From Wallemia ichthyophaga EXF-994 (taxonomy: Eukaryota > Fungi > Basidiomycota): a stretch of 32,000 bases of DNA. The position numbers were made by a program, and so were the translations under genes. Positions 20,671-32,000 of the stretch are shown piece after piece. The stretch's first letter is position 1, and each line of letters begins with the position of its first letter. The stretch spans positions 300,001 to 332,000 of the forward strand of contig NW_008806281.1 in NCBI RefSeq assembly GCF_000400465.1, written 5' to 3'. The notes beneath the pieces were generated by a model. It was not told the DNA's origin, made no database searches, and saw only the letters and a list, made by a program, of their open reading frames with translations.

Positions 20671-21991
20671 ATGCCTGTACCAAGCTCAATCACATCAAAT
20701 CAGCACATTGTCGTTCTCGGTGGCGGTGGTGCGTATTGGTCTTTGTTCTTGTCACGCTACTCACACCTACGCTAGTCATCGGCGTCACCACCGCCGTCAC
20801 CCTCGCTAGACAAGGCTACAAGGTTACCGTTTGCGCTAGAGATCTCCCCACAGACTCAGAGTCCACTGGATTCGCTTCTCCTTGGGCTGGCGCAAGTGAG
20901 TCGAACGTCTTCTCTCTTGCCAAACTCACAAGTACACCACAGACTGGGCCACCTTTGCCTCCAAATATGATTACAGACTGCAGAGGTGGGAGGAGCACAC
21001 TTTCAAGCAGCTCTGGAACCTCATCCCCACTGGCCACGTAATGGAACTGCCAATCACCGTTTACAAGTCAGAGCAAGGCATTAAAGATCTTTGGCACAAG
21101 CACCTCACTCCAAACTTCCGTAGAGTTCACCCACCTTGTGCTAAACCAGGCGTCTCTGGTGCCGCCTTCACCTCTGTCTCACTCTCAGCCCCAGACTACC
21201 TCCAGCACCTCTACAAGACAGCTGTACAGCTTGGTGTGGGCTTTATTAGGAAGTCATTCAATTCTATCCACGAGCCTTTTCAAGGCGCTCATGGTATCCC
21301 AACTGCTGATCTAGTCGTTAACGCCACTGGCCTTGGTGCGCGCAAGTTGGACGGTTGCAACGACCCTCAAGTCATGCCTATACGCGGTCAAACAGTCGTG
21401 GTCGACGCTCCTAATGTCAAAGAATGCGTCATGGCTCTTGATAGCTCATACAGCTCAGAATCAGCATACATCATTCCAAGACCAAATGGCCAAGCTATCT
21501 TGGGTGGCTGTTTCCAAGTCGGCAACTGGGACACTGAGGTGGATATCGACATGGGTCAACGCATTCTCGAACGCTGCTTCGAATTAAACAAGAATCTTAG
21601 CCCTACTGGTAAATTTGAAGATATTAAAGTCGTGCGTCATAACGTTGGCCTTCGTCCTGCTAGAGAGGGTGGAGCTAGATTGGAATTTGAGTTGCTCGAA
21701 GATCCGCAAGGTTTCGATGAAGGTCACCCAGTCGTACACGCTTACGGTATTGGACCTGCTGGATATCAATGCAGCTGGGGAATGGCTAGGGATGTGTTCA
21801 ATCTGGTAGACGAACACCTTAAGCCAACAAGATCACTGGATATGGTTGCAACTACCGACTCAATCAAGCAAAGTGCGAACACAACACCAAGAAGCTGTCC
21901 AGTTGCACCAACAACTACACGCTCACGTTCATCAAGCCAAAGATGGATACCACAATCACCAATTATCTCACCTCAAACGGTGTTAATCTAA
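20671..21991 (+). CDS. DAO1: D-amino acid oxidase (FAD); introns 20729-20775 and 20896-20942; atypical 50-aa C-terminal tail
   Basis: IVVLGGGVIGVTTA (FAD fingerprint), [49 protein letters not shown] and [15 protein letters not shown]. Confidence 0.93.
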
Positions 21992-22224
21992 TTTATTAAC
22001 AAATTAAAGAAAAAGAAAAGTAGGATGGCTCTGGTAGTTAATCTAACATAAACATTCACTCTCACTCATAATGATACTGGTACTCATCGTATTGCTCGCT
22101 GTCGCAGCTCAAAATTTTCATGATTGAAATGTCTCAATATACCCAAATCAAATGAAAGCATTATATTATTTGCTTGTAATTATAATAAAAGAAGAATTAA
22201 TTGAAGAAATAACGAAGATAGTGA

Positions 22225-22569
22225 TTAAGCCTTTACATAATCTAATATGACATCTTTGACGCATTTAAACTGATTCAACTTTAATTGCGCTTTAGATTGA
22301 CTGTACCCTGTAGCTGAAACAATCTTGTTCACGTCATCATTCGATAATTGCTTCAATTCGGTAGCAGTTAAACCAGACTTTGGTAATTTATCTGGGAAGC
22401 TGCCAGGGGATCCATCTGCACCACCAAACAACGATTCACGAGAAGCAATAAGCTTGTTACGACTGAATGAGCCGCCATCGACGTACTGAGGAGGACTAAG
22501 CGAGTGCAAAAGCCTTATAAGGATTTTAATTACCTCAGATATAACATCACCTCTTGTACTTGGTGGCAT
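22225..22569 (-). CDS. Small protein with C-terminal UBA-like domain, HYPK-like, 98 aa; intron 22533-22486
   Basis: A 48-nt GTAATT..CAG intron is removed. The C-terminus DDVNKIVSATGYSQSKAQLKLNQFKCVKDVI resembles the HYPK/NAC-type UBA helices. Confidence 0.55.
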   Translation of the reverse strand: MPPSTRGDVISEVIKILIRLLHSLSPPQYVDGGSFSRNKLIASRESLFGGADGSPGSFPDKLPKSGLTATELKQLSNDDVNKIVSATGYSQSKAQLKLNQFKCVKDVILDYVKA

Positions 22570-22622
22570 TTTAAAAATATTTGTTATCTGATTAAGAAAA
22601 GTCTTATAGAGCTACGTTGAGG

Positions 22623-24160
22623 ATGGAAGAACGCAAATTATACTCAGTTGCGGCATTGGCTGCTGTTTTAACGACTCTGCTATTCAAATATCTTTTGGGC
22701 TCAGATATCTACACAATTACCGCTCAATACGCGCTTCTTCCTTCAAGCTACGATCCACAGCCAGCAACTCTTCAAGTTAGCAAGAAGACTGGAAAGGTTG
22801 TTGAAGTTTTCGGTGGTATTAGAAAAGATAAAAAAGTTGGTAAACTCATCAACTACGGTCCTTCCCAGATTCTTCTCCCAGGTCTCGTCGATACACACGT
22901 ACATATAAATGATCCAGGCAGGTCCGAGTGGGAAACCTTCGATACAGCTACACAAGCTGCTATTGCAGGTGGTGTCACCACTCTCATTGATATGCCTCTC
23001 AACTCCATTCCACCCACTAATACCGTCAAAGCTTTGGTCGAGAAGAAGGCGGCTGCAACCGGCAACATTCACTCTGATTTGGGTTTCTGGGCTGGCAGTG
23101 TGCCTGGAAACACAAAGCACCTCTCCAGTCTCCTTAAGCAGGAAGGCGTCAAGGGTTTCAAGAGTTTCATGATAAACAGCGGTGTCGATGTGCGTCATAT
23201 TTTTTTGTTTGGATGCTTAATAACACTTCATTCTAGGAATTCAAAGCAGTCTCTCCAAAGGACATTGAAAAGGCTTTCAAGGAACTCAGCAAGAGCGCAA
23301 ACAAAGGTCATAACGTCACTATGCTCTTCCATGCCGAATCCTCAAACAAGAAGACAGAAAAGGCAATTAAAAAAGCAATTGACAGTAGCAACCCCGCTGA
23401 TTACAACACTTACCTTCAAACTCACCCAGTCGAATACGAATTGGACGCCATAAGAACGCTAATAATGAAAATGCGCAAATATCCACTCATTCATGTTCAC
23501 ATAGTTCACCTATCTGCAGCTGAAGCCTTGCCAATGATCAGACAAGCACGTGCAGACGGTCTCAAGCTCACCGTCGAAACCTGCTACCACTATCTCTACT
23601 TCAATAAGGATGATATACCAGATGGCGGTGTTGAGTATAAAAGTGCTCCACCTATCCGTGATGCCGCCAACAATGCACTGCTCTGGAAGGCGCTCAACGA
23701 CGGTGACATTGATCTCATTACCTCTGATCACTCACCTAGTGATCCTCTCACTAAAAATATTGAGTCTGGTGACTTTTTGAATGGCTGGGGTGGTATCTCA
23801 TCGCTTGGTCTCGGTCTTCCAGCTTTGTATACCAAGATGAGCGCTGATGAGTGCGGCTTTGGTTTATCTTTGGGCGAGCTCGTTGAAGCCATGTCCACCA
23901 AACCAGCCATACTTGCTGGTCTTCATGGAAAGAAGGGTCTTATTGAGAAAGGTTACGATGCTGATTTTGTCCTCTTCGAGCCGGAATCCGCATACACTCT
24001 GAGTGAAAATGACCTCTTCTACAAGCATCAAATCTCTCCGTACATCGGTCATACTTTCGCTGGAAGAATCTCGAGAACCTATCTCAGAGGTGTTAGGGTT
24101 TACGATCGTCACATGGGCGGTATCCTCGACAAAGTTGCTCGAAGAGGTGTCTTTGTTTGA
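22623..24160 (+). CDS. DAL1: Allantoinase (amidohydrolase superfamily); intron 23190-23236
   Basis: [97 protein letters not shown] and SPYIG. Confidence 0.95.
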
Positions 24161-24309
24161 TTTTAGAATGCTTTTGTTTGTTATATAAAACGCACGATCA
24201 CGTCAAGTACGAATCTTTATGCATTTCTTGAATATTGATACAACGCTTAATAGGTACACTATAACATACTTTTATTACTCTAAGTGGTGGGGTTTTTCGC
24301 GGATTCAAT

Positions 24310-26549
24310 TTAATTAGGTGATCGATGTGGACGAGGCTTTTGGCGTTGACCAGACGGTGAACGCGCTTGTTCTGGTAATGTTGCTGGCGGAGATGCGGAC
24401 GATAATGCAGATGCAGATGCCGATGGTTCATTAGTTGTACCAGCAGGTGCTGGCGCTGACGCAGAAGGTTCTACAACACCCTCGCCCGACTTTCTAGCGC
24501 GTCTAGCTTCCAGTCGTCTCTGTGACTTCTCAATAGCTTCAGCCACGCGTGCCTCAGCAGTCGCCGGATCCTGTAAAGAAACACGTTGCTCAGCCTCAGC
24601 CCTCCTATTTCTTCTACGTTCATCTGACTCGCGCCTGATCTTTTTTCGACGTTCTTCATCAGCGCGAGCCTTTTCACGCTCTTTCCTTTCAATATAGCTC
24701 GTGCGCTCGAACGCATCAACTATAGCGCTACCCTTCCGTCTGCTCCTATCGTCTAGCTTACTGAGGCGCTCTTTAGTGGCATCACTAAGCGGTGCTGCGC
24801 GGTTCTTTTGATACTTTTGACGCTCTTCTTCCTTTTCGCGCTGCATCTTTTCGATGTATTCTGCCCTCTCTTCATCGTTACCTATTAGCTGAGCCTTTTG
24901 AGAGCTTTCGTCGTCGAGCTGCATCAGAAGCCTTTCTTCAGGAGCCAAGAATTGCGCGGACGGTGGCCGCTGCGTGCTTGTGGATTCAGATGCAACGTTT
25001 TTCTTGCCCTTCTTTTCTTCCTTGGCCCTGCGCAACCCTGGCTTTAATTTCAAGTCTTTAATACTGAATGACTCAGACGGAAGCTCTACACGTGGTGGTG
25101 GTGGTGGTGGTAGGCGAACGGGTGCATAATACTTATCGTATATTTCTCTATTCTGGTTTGTTTCCTGATCAATCTTCTCATCCTCATAGACCTTTTGCGG
25201 TGCTTCACGTTTCCTCTTCCTCGTACCGGGAGAATCGCGGGCGGATGGAGATGTTGGTGATGGTGTCGGTTGTCTCATTTCTGGTTCTATCTCATCCACG
25301 CGGTCAAGATCTGCTCCAAATATGTCACCGTTTTCTTCTATTCCCAATCCTGGAACGAACTGCCAATTGTCAGTTACGCGAGATGTTTTGACAACAATGT
25401 TGTCCGTGTGCCCAGTTTCGAGAGATTGCGGTATCCAGCCTGGTATACCCTCCTCTGTTGTTTTGCCTTCTAATTCAGCTTGACGGAGACCGCGGTAGAT
25501 GTCATCGCCGAACATGCGGATTTTGCAATCTAAATTATCCGTTTCATCTTGAATACGCCATGGCATGCGCACATTGAATGTAAGTCGATGAATTTGGGGT
25601 AAGTCACTTTCATGTCCCCATACATCCATCGCTTCGTATCGCCGTCTGTTTTGATGGTCTGAGGATGTTTGTTGGATGATTTCGTCATATCCATCCCCAA
25701 TACTGGACGGTTGAATGTCATGAGGTGAAATTAATGCGTCTGAATCCACGGAATGAGGCGCTTCTTCCAACGGATTTGGTAGTTTATCGATAGACGATGC
25801 TAATTTTCTCCAAATTCCTTGAGTTTTAGGTTCAAGTGTTAAGGTTTTAAGAGATAAAAGATTGGTGTCGTATAATTGAAGGTTAATAAGCTCTTCAGCG
25901 TTACCGAAAGCGGACAAAAACGCTCTAACGATGTGATGGACGTGTGTTGAAGGGATAGCAGTGGTTATGAGTTTACCTGCTGATAATAAAGGAACAAACA
26001 TCAGTCTCTGAGACGGTGGTGGAAGTTCCTCCCCTGGTTCTGCGTGGATTATCAAAGTGAAAATCGGCGTTTGTTCAACAGAATGGGAAGTTGAGGGTAG
26101 AAATTGCATATAGAGAGTGTAATTATGGGTAACATCCAAGTTGCGTTGAAATATTTCAATAAACTTATCCAAAGACACGAAATTTGATTCCTTTAGCCTA
26201 TAAACACGCCATTCAAACGATAGAGGCTTTTCTTGGTAAAGTTTAAAGTGAGCAATAGTTAATTGTCTATAGCTCAAACCAGCTGGCTGTTAAATCGCGT
26301 CATTACGTTATGCTTATCGGTGAATGGTATACGCACCCAATCTCGATAAATTTCACGGAGAAGAGATGGCTTTGTCGGTGGCTTTGTAGAGAACTTTGAA
26401 TACTTGATTCTAACACTGCTCGAATCACCATAAGGCCTCTCCACCTTGTTATCGTCGATCCAATCCAAAACAGTTTGGCAAAGTGAGCGCGGTGACAGGG
26501 ACTTCAATGAGCTCTCTATACGAGGTGTGTAGCCAAGCTTGTATTCCAT
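24310..26549 (-). CDS. CHL4: Kinetochore protein CENP-N/Chl4/Mis15-like, 729 aa, with a long charged C-terminal extension; intron 26336-26287
   Basis: SLKSLSPRSLCQTVLDW, REIYRDW|PAGLSYRQL..EW.VYRL, VRAFLSAF and C-terminal FGDDIYRGLRQ..IPGWI follow the Chl4/CENP-N pattern as recalled. About 355 further E/R/K-rich residues follow. Confidence 0.65.
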
Positions 26550-26570
26550 TTTTATAAATTTTTATTTTTA

Positions 26571-26587
26571 ACGCGTTCAAATCGCGT
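26571..26587. promoter_or_regulatory. MCB-like elements in the CHL4/RFC3 bidirectional promoter
   Basis: ACGCGT at 26571-26576 and TCGCGT at 26582-26587, next to a T-rich tract, inside a 73-bp gap. Confidence 0.55.
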
Positions 26588-26622
26588 CGATGTTCTATAC
26601 TAAGAAGATAGAAGATAACGAA

Positions 26623-27724
26623 ATGAGCAAAATGGAGGTTGATAATAATTTAAACAACGATTTGCCTTGGTGGGATATATCATTTTGAATTACAAGTGCC
26701 AGGCTTATATATTTCAAGGGTTGAGAAGTACAGGCCGAATCAGTTATCTGACGTTGTCAGCCATACGGATATAATACAAACGATTTCAAATTTCATTGAT
26801 AAAGAGCGCTTGCCGCATCTTTTGTTCTACGGTCCACCGGGTGGGTGATGAGTATTTGGTCGGTATCAATAACTCAGTTTACTAGGAACTGGTAAGACTT
26901 CTACTATCCTCGCAATTGCCAGAAAAATCTACGGCACAAACTATAAAAGAAACGTCTTGGAGTTGAATGCTTCCGATGACAGAGGTATTGATGTCGTACG
27001 CGACCAGATCAAATCGTTTGCTCAGACGCGCACTCTGTTTTCAAATGGCTTCAAGCTTATTATACTCGATGAGGCTGATCTTATGACACAGCAAGCACAG
27101 GGTGCTCTTAGGAGAATAATCGAGCATTATACACCAACAACGCGGTTCTGTATAATCTGCAACTACGTAAACAAGATTACTCCTGCCATTCTATCGAGGT
27201 GCACTAGATTCAGATTTTCACCTCTCCCTAAACAGCATTTACATGCCCGCTTAACTGAGGTTGTTGATAGAGAGGCAGTTGAAATTGACGAAGATGCAAA
27301 AGATGCTTTGCTGAATCTCACTAGAGGTGATATGAGGCGTGCTTTGAACGTCCTTCAAGCGTGTCATACTGCTTGTGCGCCAGAGAAGATTACAGCGGAT
27401 GACGTATTTAATGTTACAGCATCACCGCCACCATCAACTATTGAATATCTTATCAAGAGTATGATGAATGATGATATATCCACCTGTTATCAGCGCGTAC
27501 ACACTCTTAAGAGGCAGAATGGACTTGCCCTGCAAGATATTATAACCGGTGCTTATGAATACATACAGCAAATTGAATTCCCAAGGGCTACACGATTGCA
27601 TTTATTAGAAAATCTTGCTGAAATAGAATACAGGTTGTCTACGGGATCTTCAGAAACAATACAGCTCAGTGCACTTATCGCTTCGTTCAAACTGGGAATT
27701 GATATTGCAGCAAAAGAAACTTAA
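26623..27724 (+). CDS. RFC3: Replication factor C small subunit (yeast Rfc3 / human RFC5 type), 2 introns
   Basis: LPWVEKYRP, PHLLFYGPPGTGKTSTILA, LELNASDDRGIDVVRDQIKSFA, FKLIILDEAD, QGALRRIIEHY, SRCTRFRF and GDMRRALNVLQ. Confidence 0.95.
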
Positions 27725-27791
27725 TTTTATATCAAATATTCATTTTAAATGCATACCACATGACAAGACTTCTCTTTTGGATTGAAAAACG

Positions 27792-29236
27792 ATGGAAATA
27801 CCTCCACAATACAACCAAGATATCTTTAAATACCTAGATGATCTACTTGAATTCGTTAGCGATGATTATGTCAAGTCATTGATTGAGACCCACACCAGTA
27901 CGTTGAATTTTCAGTGTCTTTGGCCAATCAGAAGCTTATAATTTTAGACAGCGCACGTCTAATGCAGCGAAGGTGGGATAATCACGAAGCATTCTCTGAG
28001 TGGATGCACTGGGCTGAGTCCACCAACACCCACACTTCGCAATGGAAAGATGAGCAGATACGAAGAATTGCTGTTGGTGATATTAGTGAGGAATGGCCGA
28101 TCAGTCTACAGCGTCATGTCACTCGCTGCAACGAACTAGCTGCCCCACGCGCATACCGTAACTCAGAAAAACCTCACACCAAACGGATAAACCTGCGACA
28201 TGGAAAAGTGAATAATCTCGGTATGACTCCAAAAAAGATGCATGAGTGTGAACGATTGTCTACACTCATTGGCAATGACTTCTCCCACCACACCCACCTC
28301 ATCGATGTTGGTAGTGGGCAGGGCTATCTCAGTAGAACACTCAGTCGCCAACCATTCGATTTCGCTGTTCTCGCTGTTGATAGTGATAACAACAATGTAC
28401 AGCGCTCACAGATAACCTCCGAAAGACGCGATGTGGGGCTTACAACGGGCCGATTAGACCATGTCTGCGCTTTTCTCGATAGACAGAGTTTGGAGCGGGT
28501 GAACAGGGAGTGGAAAGCGAAGGGTGATTCTCGGAGTACTCTAATTGGGTTACATCCTTGTGGTGATCTCTCAGTCGAAGTTATAGAGGCATTCATCGAC
28601 GGTATACACGATTACGATGGTCTGGTCTTGGTTAGCTGCTGCTACAATAAGCTGTCACCGCAGAACTTCCCTCTCTCTCAAAAAACCCGCACGCAGATCG
28701 CCCGCCTCGAGCCAGGAAGATTCGTTTGGGAATACGACTACTTTGGTTTGGCAGTGCATACTCTCGCTCATTGGACTATGGAGCCTGAAAAGTATTGGGA
28801 GGTAGCGCGCTTCCCGATGTTTAAACTCCTTTGCAGATCACGCCTAGCTGAGTGTCTGCGTCGCATAGGTCGCCCACACTTCAGCGAAAATCGCCTAGGC
28901 AAACTGCGCGATCGCCATTACAAAGATTGGTGGACTTACAGGAAGGGTGCAGCTGAGAAACTTTCTCTACAACCAGAAGAGTTGGCGGATGACATCGATG
29001 ACGCCTTCTGGGAGCTCATCGATTGGCGCATGAAGGTGTTCTGGACAGCCAAAGCACGCTGTGGTGATATGTTTGAGTCTCTGATACACCTCGATCGCTT
29101 TCTCTACGTTAAGGAGCGCACGGCACATGAACCACACACAACGGTACAAGTGCGACCTATTTTCGACATTGACACAGGCAGTGCTCGCAATCTAGCACTC
29201 ACTGTTGATAGACTTGATAGTAACCAAAGGAAATAG
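27792..29236 (+). CDS. SAM-dependent methyltransferase, METTL25/RRNAD1-like; intron 27898-27947
   Basis: MTPKKMHECERL, IDVGSGQGYLSRTL, VLAVDSD, LIGLHPCGDLS and LVSCCYNKL. An upstream ATG at 27792 joins in frame through a GTACGT..TAG intron. Confidence 0.8.
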
Positions 29237-29288
29237 AGTAAGAAAAGTTATGTATTAGTGTTACGATTATTATAATTAATATATCAGT

Positions 29289-31912
29289 CTAGTTGTGCGT
29301 CTGGAGTATCTTCTTGGTTTTCTGTCTGTTACGTCTATCTGTTACCTTCTGCACGCCTTCGATCTCTGCAGCGATGAGGCTCCGCACTGCGAGCAGATCT
29401 GTCTCTTTGTTAGGTTTTTTATTAACTAGCATATGTCGCCACGAAGCAAGTGCAGCGAGTGGACTATCCGAGCGTTCAGTAGGTTTGGGGCGGTTGATAG
29501 CGACGACTCGCTCAGTAAGTTTATGATCTGGTGGAATATGCGCATCGGGGAATACCTCGCGCAATCCCGTCCACCAAAGCCTCGGACGTGGGTCGAGTAA
29601 TGCGGGTGCGTCGAAGGGGTCGTAGTGTGTCAATACACCTGCCTCTAAATCGAACCGCAAGACTTGAAAATGGTAACGATCAGTTCTGTAGAGTGCCAGA
29701 GTAAGTAGTTGTTTAGGTGTGCCAGTGAAACCGAGATCGTTCCAGAAACTGAAAAAGTGTGAATTGAAAGACATGAATCAGAATCACAACTCACCTTCTA
29801 AAAGTCGGCGCGGTGTGGGCATATGGATCCCCCCCAACAGCACTATTTAACACCTCAGTGAATGACGGAGGAAGGAATAGCTTATCGATCTGTACAGGTG
29901 GGTAACGAGCACTAATAGTGCGCACCCAGCGCTTGTAGACTTGTGTGCAAAAAATATCGCATGCTATCATACTGACATAACGCGTCAAGTGCGTCGACTC
30001 CTTTGCTAGTTCGAGCTGATTTGGTGTAGCGTGTGCACTCCACAGATCCGCCCATGCTGCCAGTCTGTCGCTAATGTTCTCCCAAGGGTGGTTAGCGGGG
30101 ATGTGAGTTGGTGTGTGAGGGTGAGTGTGTATGTGTGTAGGTGTGCGAGAGTGTGAATGTACATGCTCATGATCATGATTATGAGCATGTGAATGCTCTA
30201 ATACATGCTCTAATGTGCCGCTATCGAAATGACCATCGACTTGAGGCAAGTGATGTATGTGATGGACTGACTCAGCGACTGAGGAATCAGGTATAGGTAC
30301 TTTATTTGGCGTGACACTCTCATCCATAGCCAAACTACTCTCCTCCTTGTAACTCGAGTAGTCTAAAGCTGGAGTGGTTTGAGGTGCTACGGGCATTGGG
30401 GGAGATGGCTCCAAAACAAATTCCCGTATGGGAGTTTGTGCATGTGAGGGTTTAGGTGTAGGTGCATCTGGTATTTCGTAGTGAGTTGGGTGTTGAATAT
30501 ACTCAAATTGGTTATGTAAGGGGCGTGTTTCAGGTGCGTATTGTGGATTTTCATTGTGATTATCACCAGGTGGGGACGCAGCGGGTAAAGCAGGTTCAGT
30601 TGGTGGTCTCTCAACTGGAGCAGATGGTGGTAAAGCCACTGTAGATGGAGCTTTCTTACTTTTAGTGTGGGAGCTTGGTGACATGATAGGATATGGTTCT
30701 GGATAGGGTGCAGAGTGAGGTTCGTATTCACCTACAGGGAGTATTATTGGATGATTGGAGTGTTGCATAGGATGTGAAGTGAGAATTGGGGGAGTTGAGT
30801 GTGGAATATATTCGCCAGGAAATGATTGGGGGTGTGATTGAGCATGTATAGCTTCCATGGAGAGTGGAGCTGGGTTTGGTGATGGCGATGGTGATTGTGA
30901 CGGTGCTGGTGATGGTACTGGTGCTGGTGCTGTAGCTGCTGCCGCCACGGCTACTGGTGAACCCACTCTAGACGCCTCAGGTGATCGTATATTAAGAGTT
31001 TCAAGCTTATGATGAGTCTGATGAAGTAGCTCATAAATAGACAAAGCCCAGGGAGGAATATTTTCCTCCTCAGCCTTGGCAGCCTCTTGCTGTCTCTGAT
31101 GCTCAATCTGGCTAATGACGTCAATGCGCTCTCTAGCAGCTCTTTTGAGAGCATCACGTACGGTTTTGTCTTGCCTTTGATCAGTAGCTGCAGAGAGGAG
31201 CTGCTTAAGGTCATTGTCGTTGATAGTGAAATTGCGCTGTAATTTGTTAGTGGAGGTTGAAGGGGAAGAAGGGATGAGAGGAATGTCGTCACTATGAGGT
31301 TTTTGGGTGTCTGTGTGATTATCAATGGTTTGATTGTGATGTTGATCATGATGATGGCCAGTATAGTCAACATGGTCATCGTCATCGTCATCGAGATCTT
31401 TTGCACGTTCAAGAGCAGATTCAGGCCTTTCAGTGCCCATAGAAGACGCGTCTGGGGATTCAAGGGGAGGTTCTTGAGGATTATTTTCAGGTGGAATAGG
31501 GTTTGTGTCTTGATGAGTGTCTTGGAATTGGAGAGGGGAGGAATGTTGTGGGAGTGGCTGAGTGTTTTCAGTTGCAGTGGCGGGTGCAGAAGGTAAGAAT
31601 ACGTGTCTTGACTGTGTGTGTTAATATGTTAGTGTAACTGGATTATGTAGAAGATGAATCAACTAACGTGTTGATTGACGGATTCAGATGCGGGGTGGAG
31701 GACGAAGGTGGGGTTGGGGGTTCGAGACTCGGAGGGTGAAGGAGGGATTGGAGGGAGTGGAGCTTCCTGTAGCAATTTGTGAGTGAGATTCGACCAACCA
31801 CGTAAACCCGACAAACCCTCCTATCGAAACCAAAAGAAGCAACATGCCATTGACTGACCTTATCACCAGGTGGTGGTGTAATCGATTTTAATCTAATATC
31901 TTCCAAGTTCAT
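29289..31912 (-). CDS. Large Pro/Ser/His-rich protein with a globular C-terminal domain (Ulp1/CE-clan-like, probably inactive), 3 introns
   Basis: Hand splicing links MNLEDIRLKSITPPPGDK|EGLSGLRGWSNL..VNQH|SRHVFLP.. in frame into ORF 29791-31440, then through a GTGAGT..CAG intron into 29289-29774. The 5' exons are less certain, and the first intron is only 38 nt. Confidence 0.7.
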
Positions 31913-32000
31913 CGGCGTTTCTTGTTAAGCTCAGGCCATGAGCAACAGTAAAAACCCAATTGAATTTGATAAAATAATTAATTCGAATAAAACCAAATTT

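Noticed and set aside
20390-20809. 139-aa ORF upstream of and overlapping DAO
   Set aside because: Non-ATG start, runs through the DAO first exon and intron, no motif.
20671-24160. DAO plus allantoinase as a nitrogen-scavenging cluster
   Set aside because: Different pathways, separated by an unrelated gene, with no other DAL genes or clear GATAAG clusters.
31931-31939. ATG-GCC-TGA minimal uORF upstream of the last gene (minus strand)
   Set aside because: TSS unknown and such triplets arise by chance.
1-32000. CRISPR arrays, rRNA, tRNA, intact transposons, prokaryote-type operons
   Set aside because: None recognised by eye; small ncRNAs (snoRNA, intron-containing tRNA) cannot be excluded without tRNAscan-SE/Infernal.

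Overview
Eukaryotic, fungal (basidiomycete-like) genomic DNA that is very gene-dense and has short 38-56 nt introns. The architecture and gene content suggest a compact xerophile genome such as Wallemia; this is inference and was not searched. Bases 1-7.9 kb form an accessory-looking block: the 3' end of a GAS2/GAR-domain gene, two near-identical copies of a 95-aa hydrophilin-like gene 6.5 kb apart, and between them an F-box gene, three diverged copies of an unassigned repeat and an STL1-like glycerol/sugar:H+ symporter. The symporter's second intron only gives an intact conserved protein if spliced AT-AC. Bases 7.9-32 kb hold mostly housekeeping genes: a 17-exon sirtuin with 5-nt and 9-nt microexons, ATG1, an ABHD5/CLD1-family hydrolase, PAF1, a second F-box-like gene, HSE1, MMS2, D-amino acid oxidase, a HYPK-like gene, allantoinase, CHL4/CENP-N with a long extra tail, RFC3, a METTL25-like methyltransferase and a large Pro/His-rich protein ending in an Ulp1-like domain with Ser at the nucleophile position. 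Four head-to-head gene pairs have only 18-73 bp between their start codons. No rRNA, tRNA, CRISPR array or intact mobile element was recognised. All gene models were spliced by hand and are unverified by RNA data.
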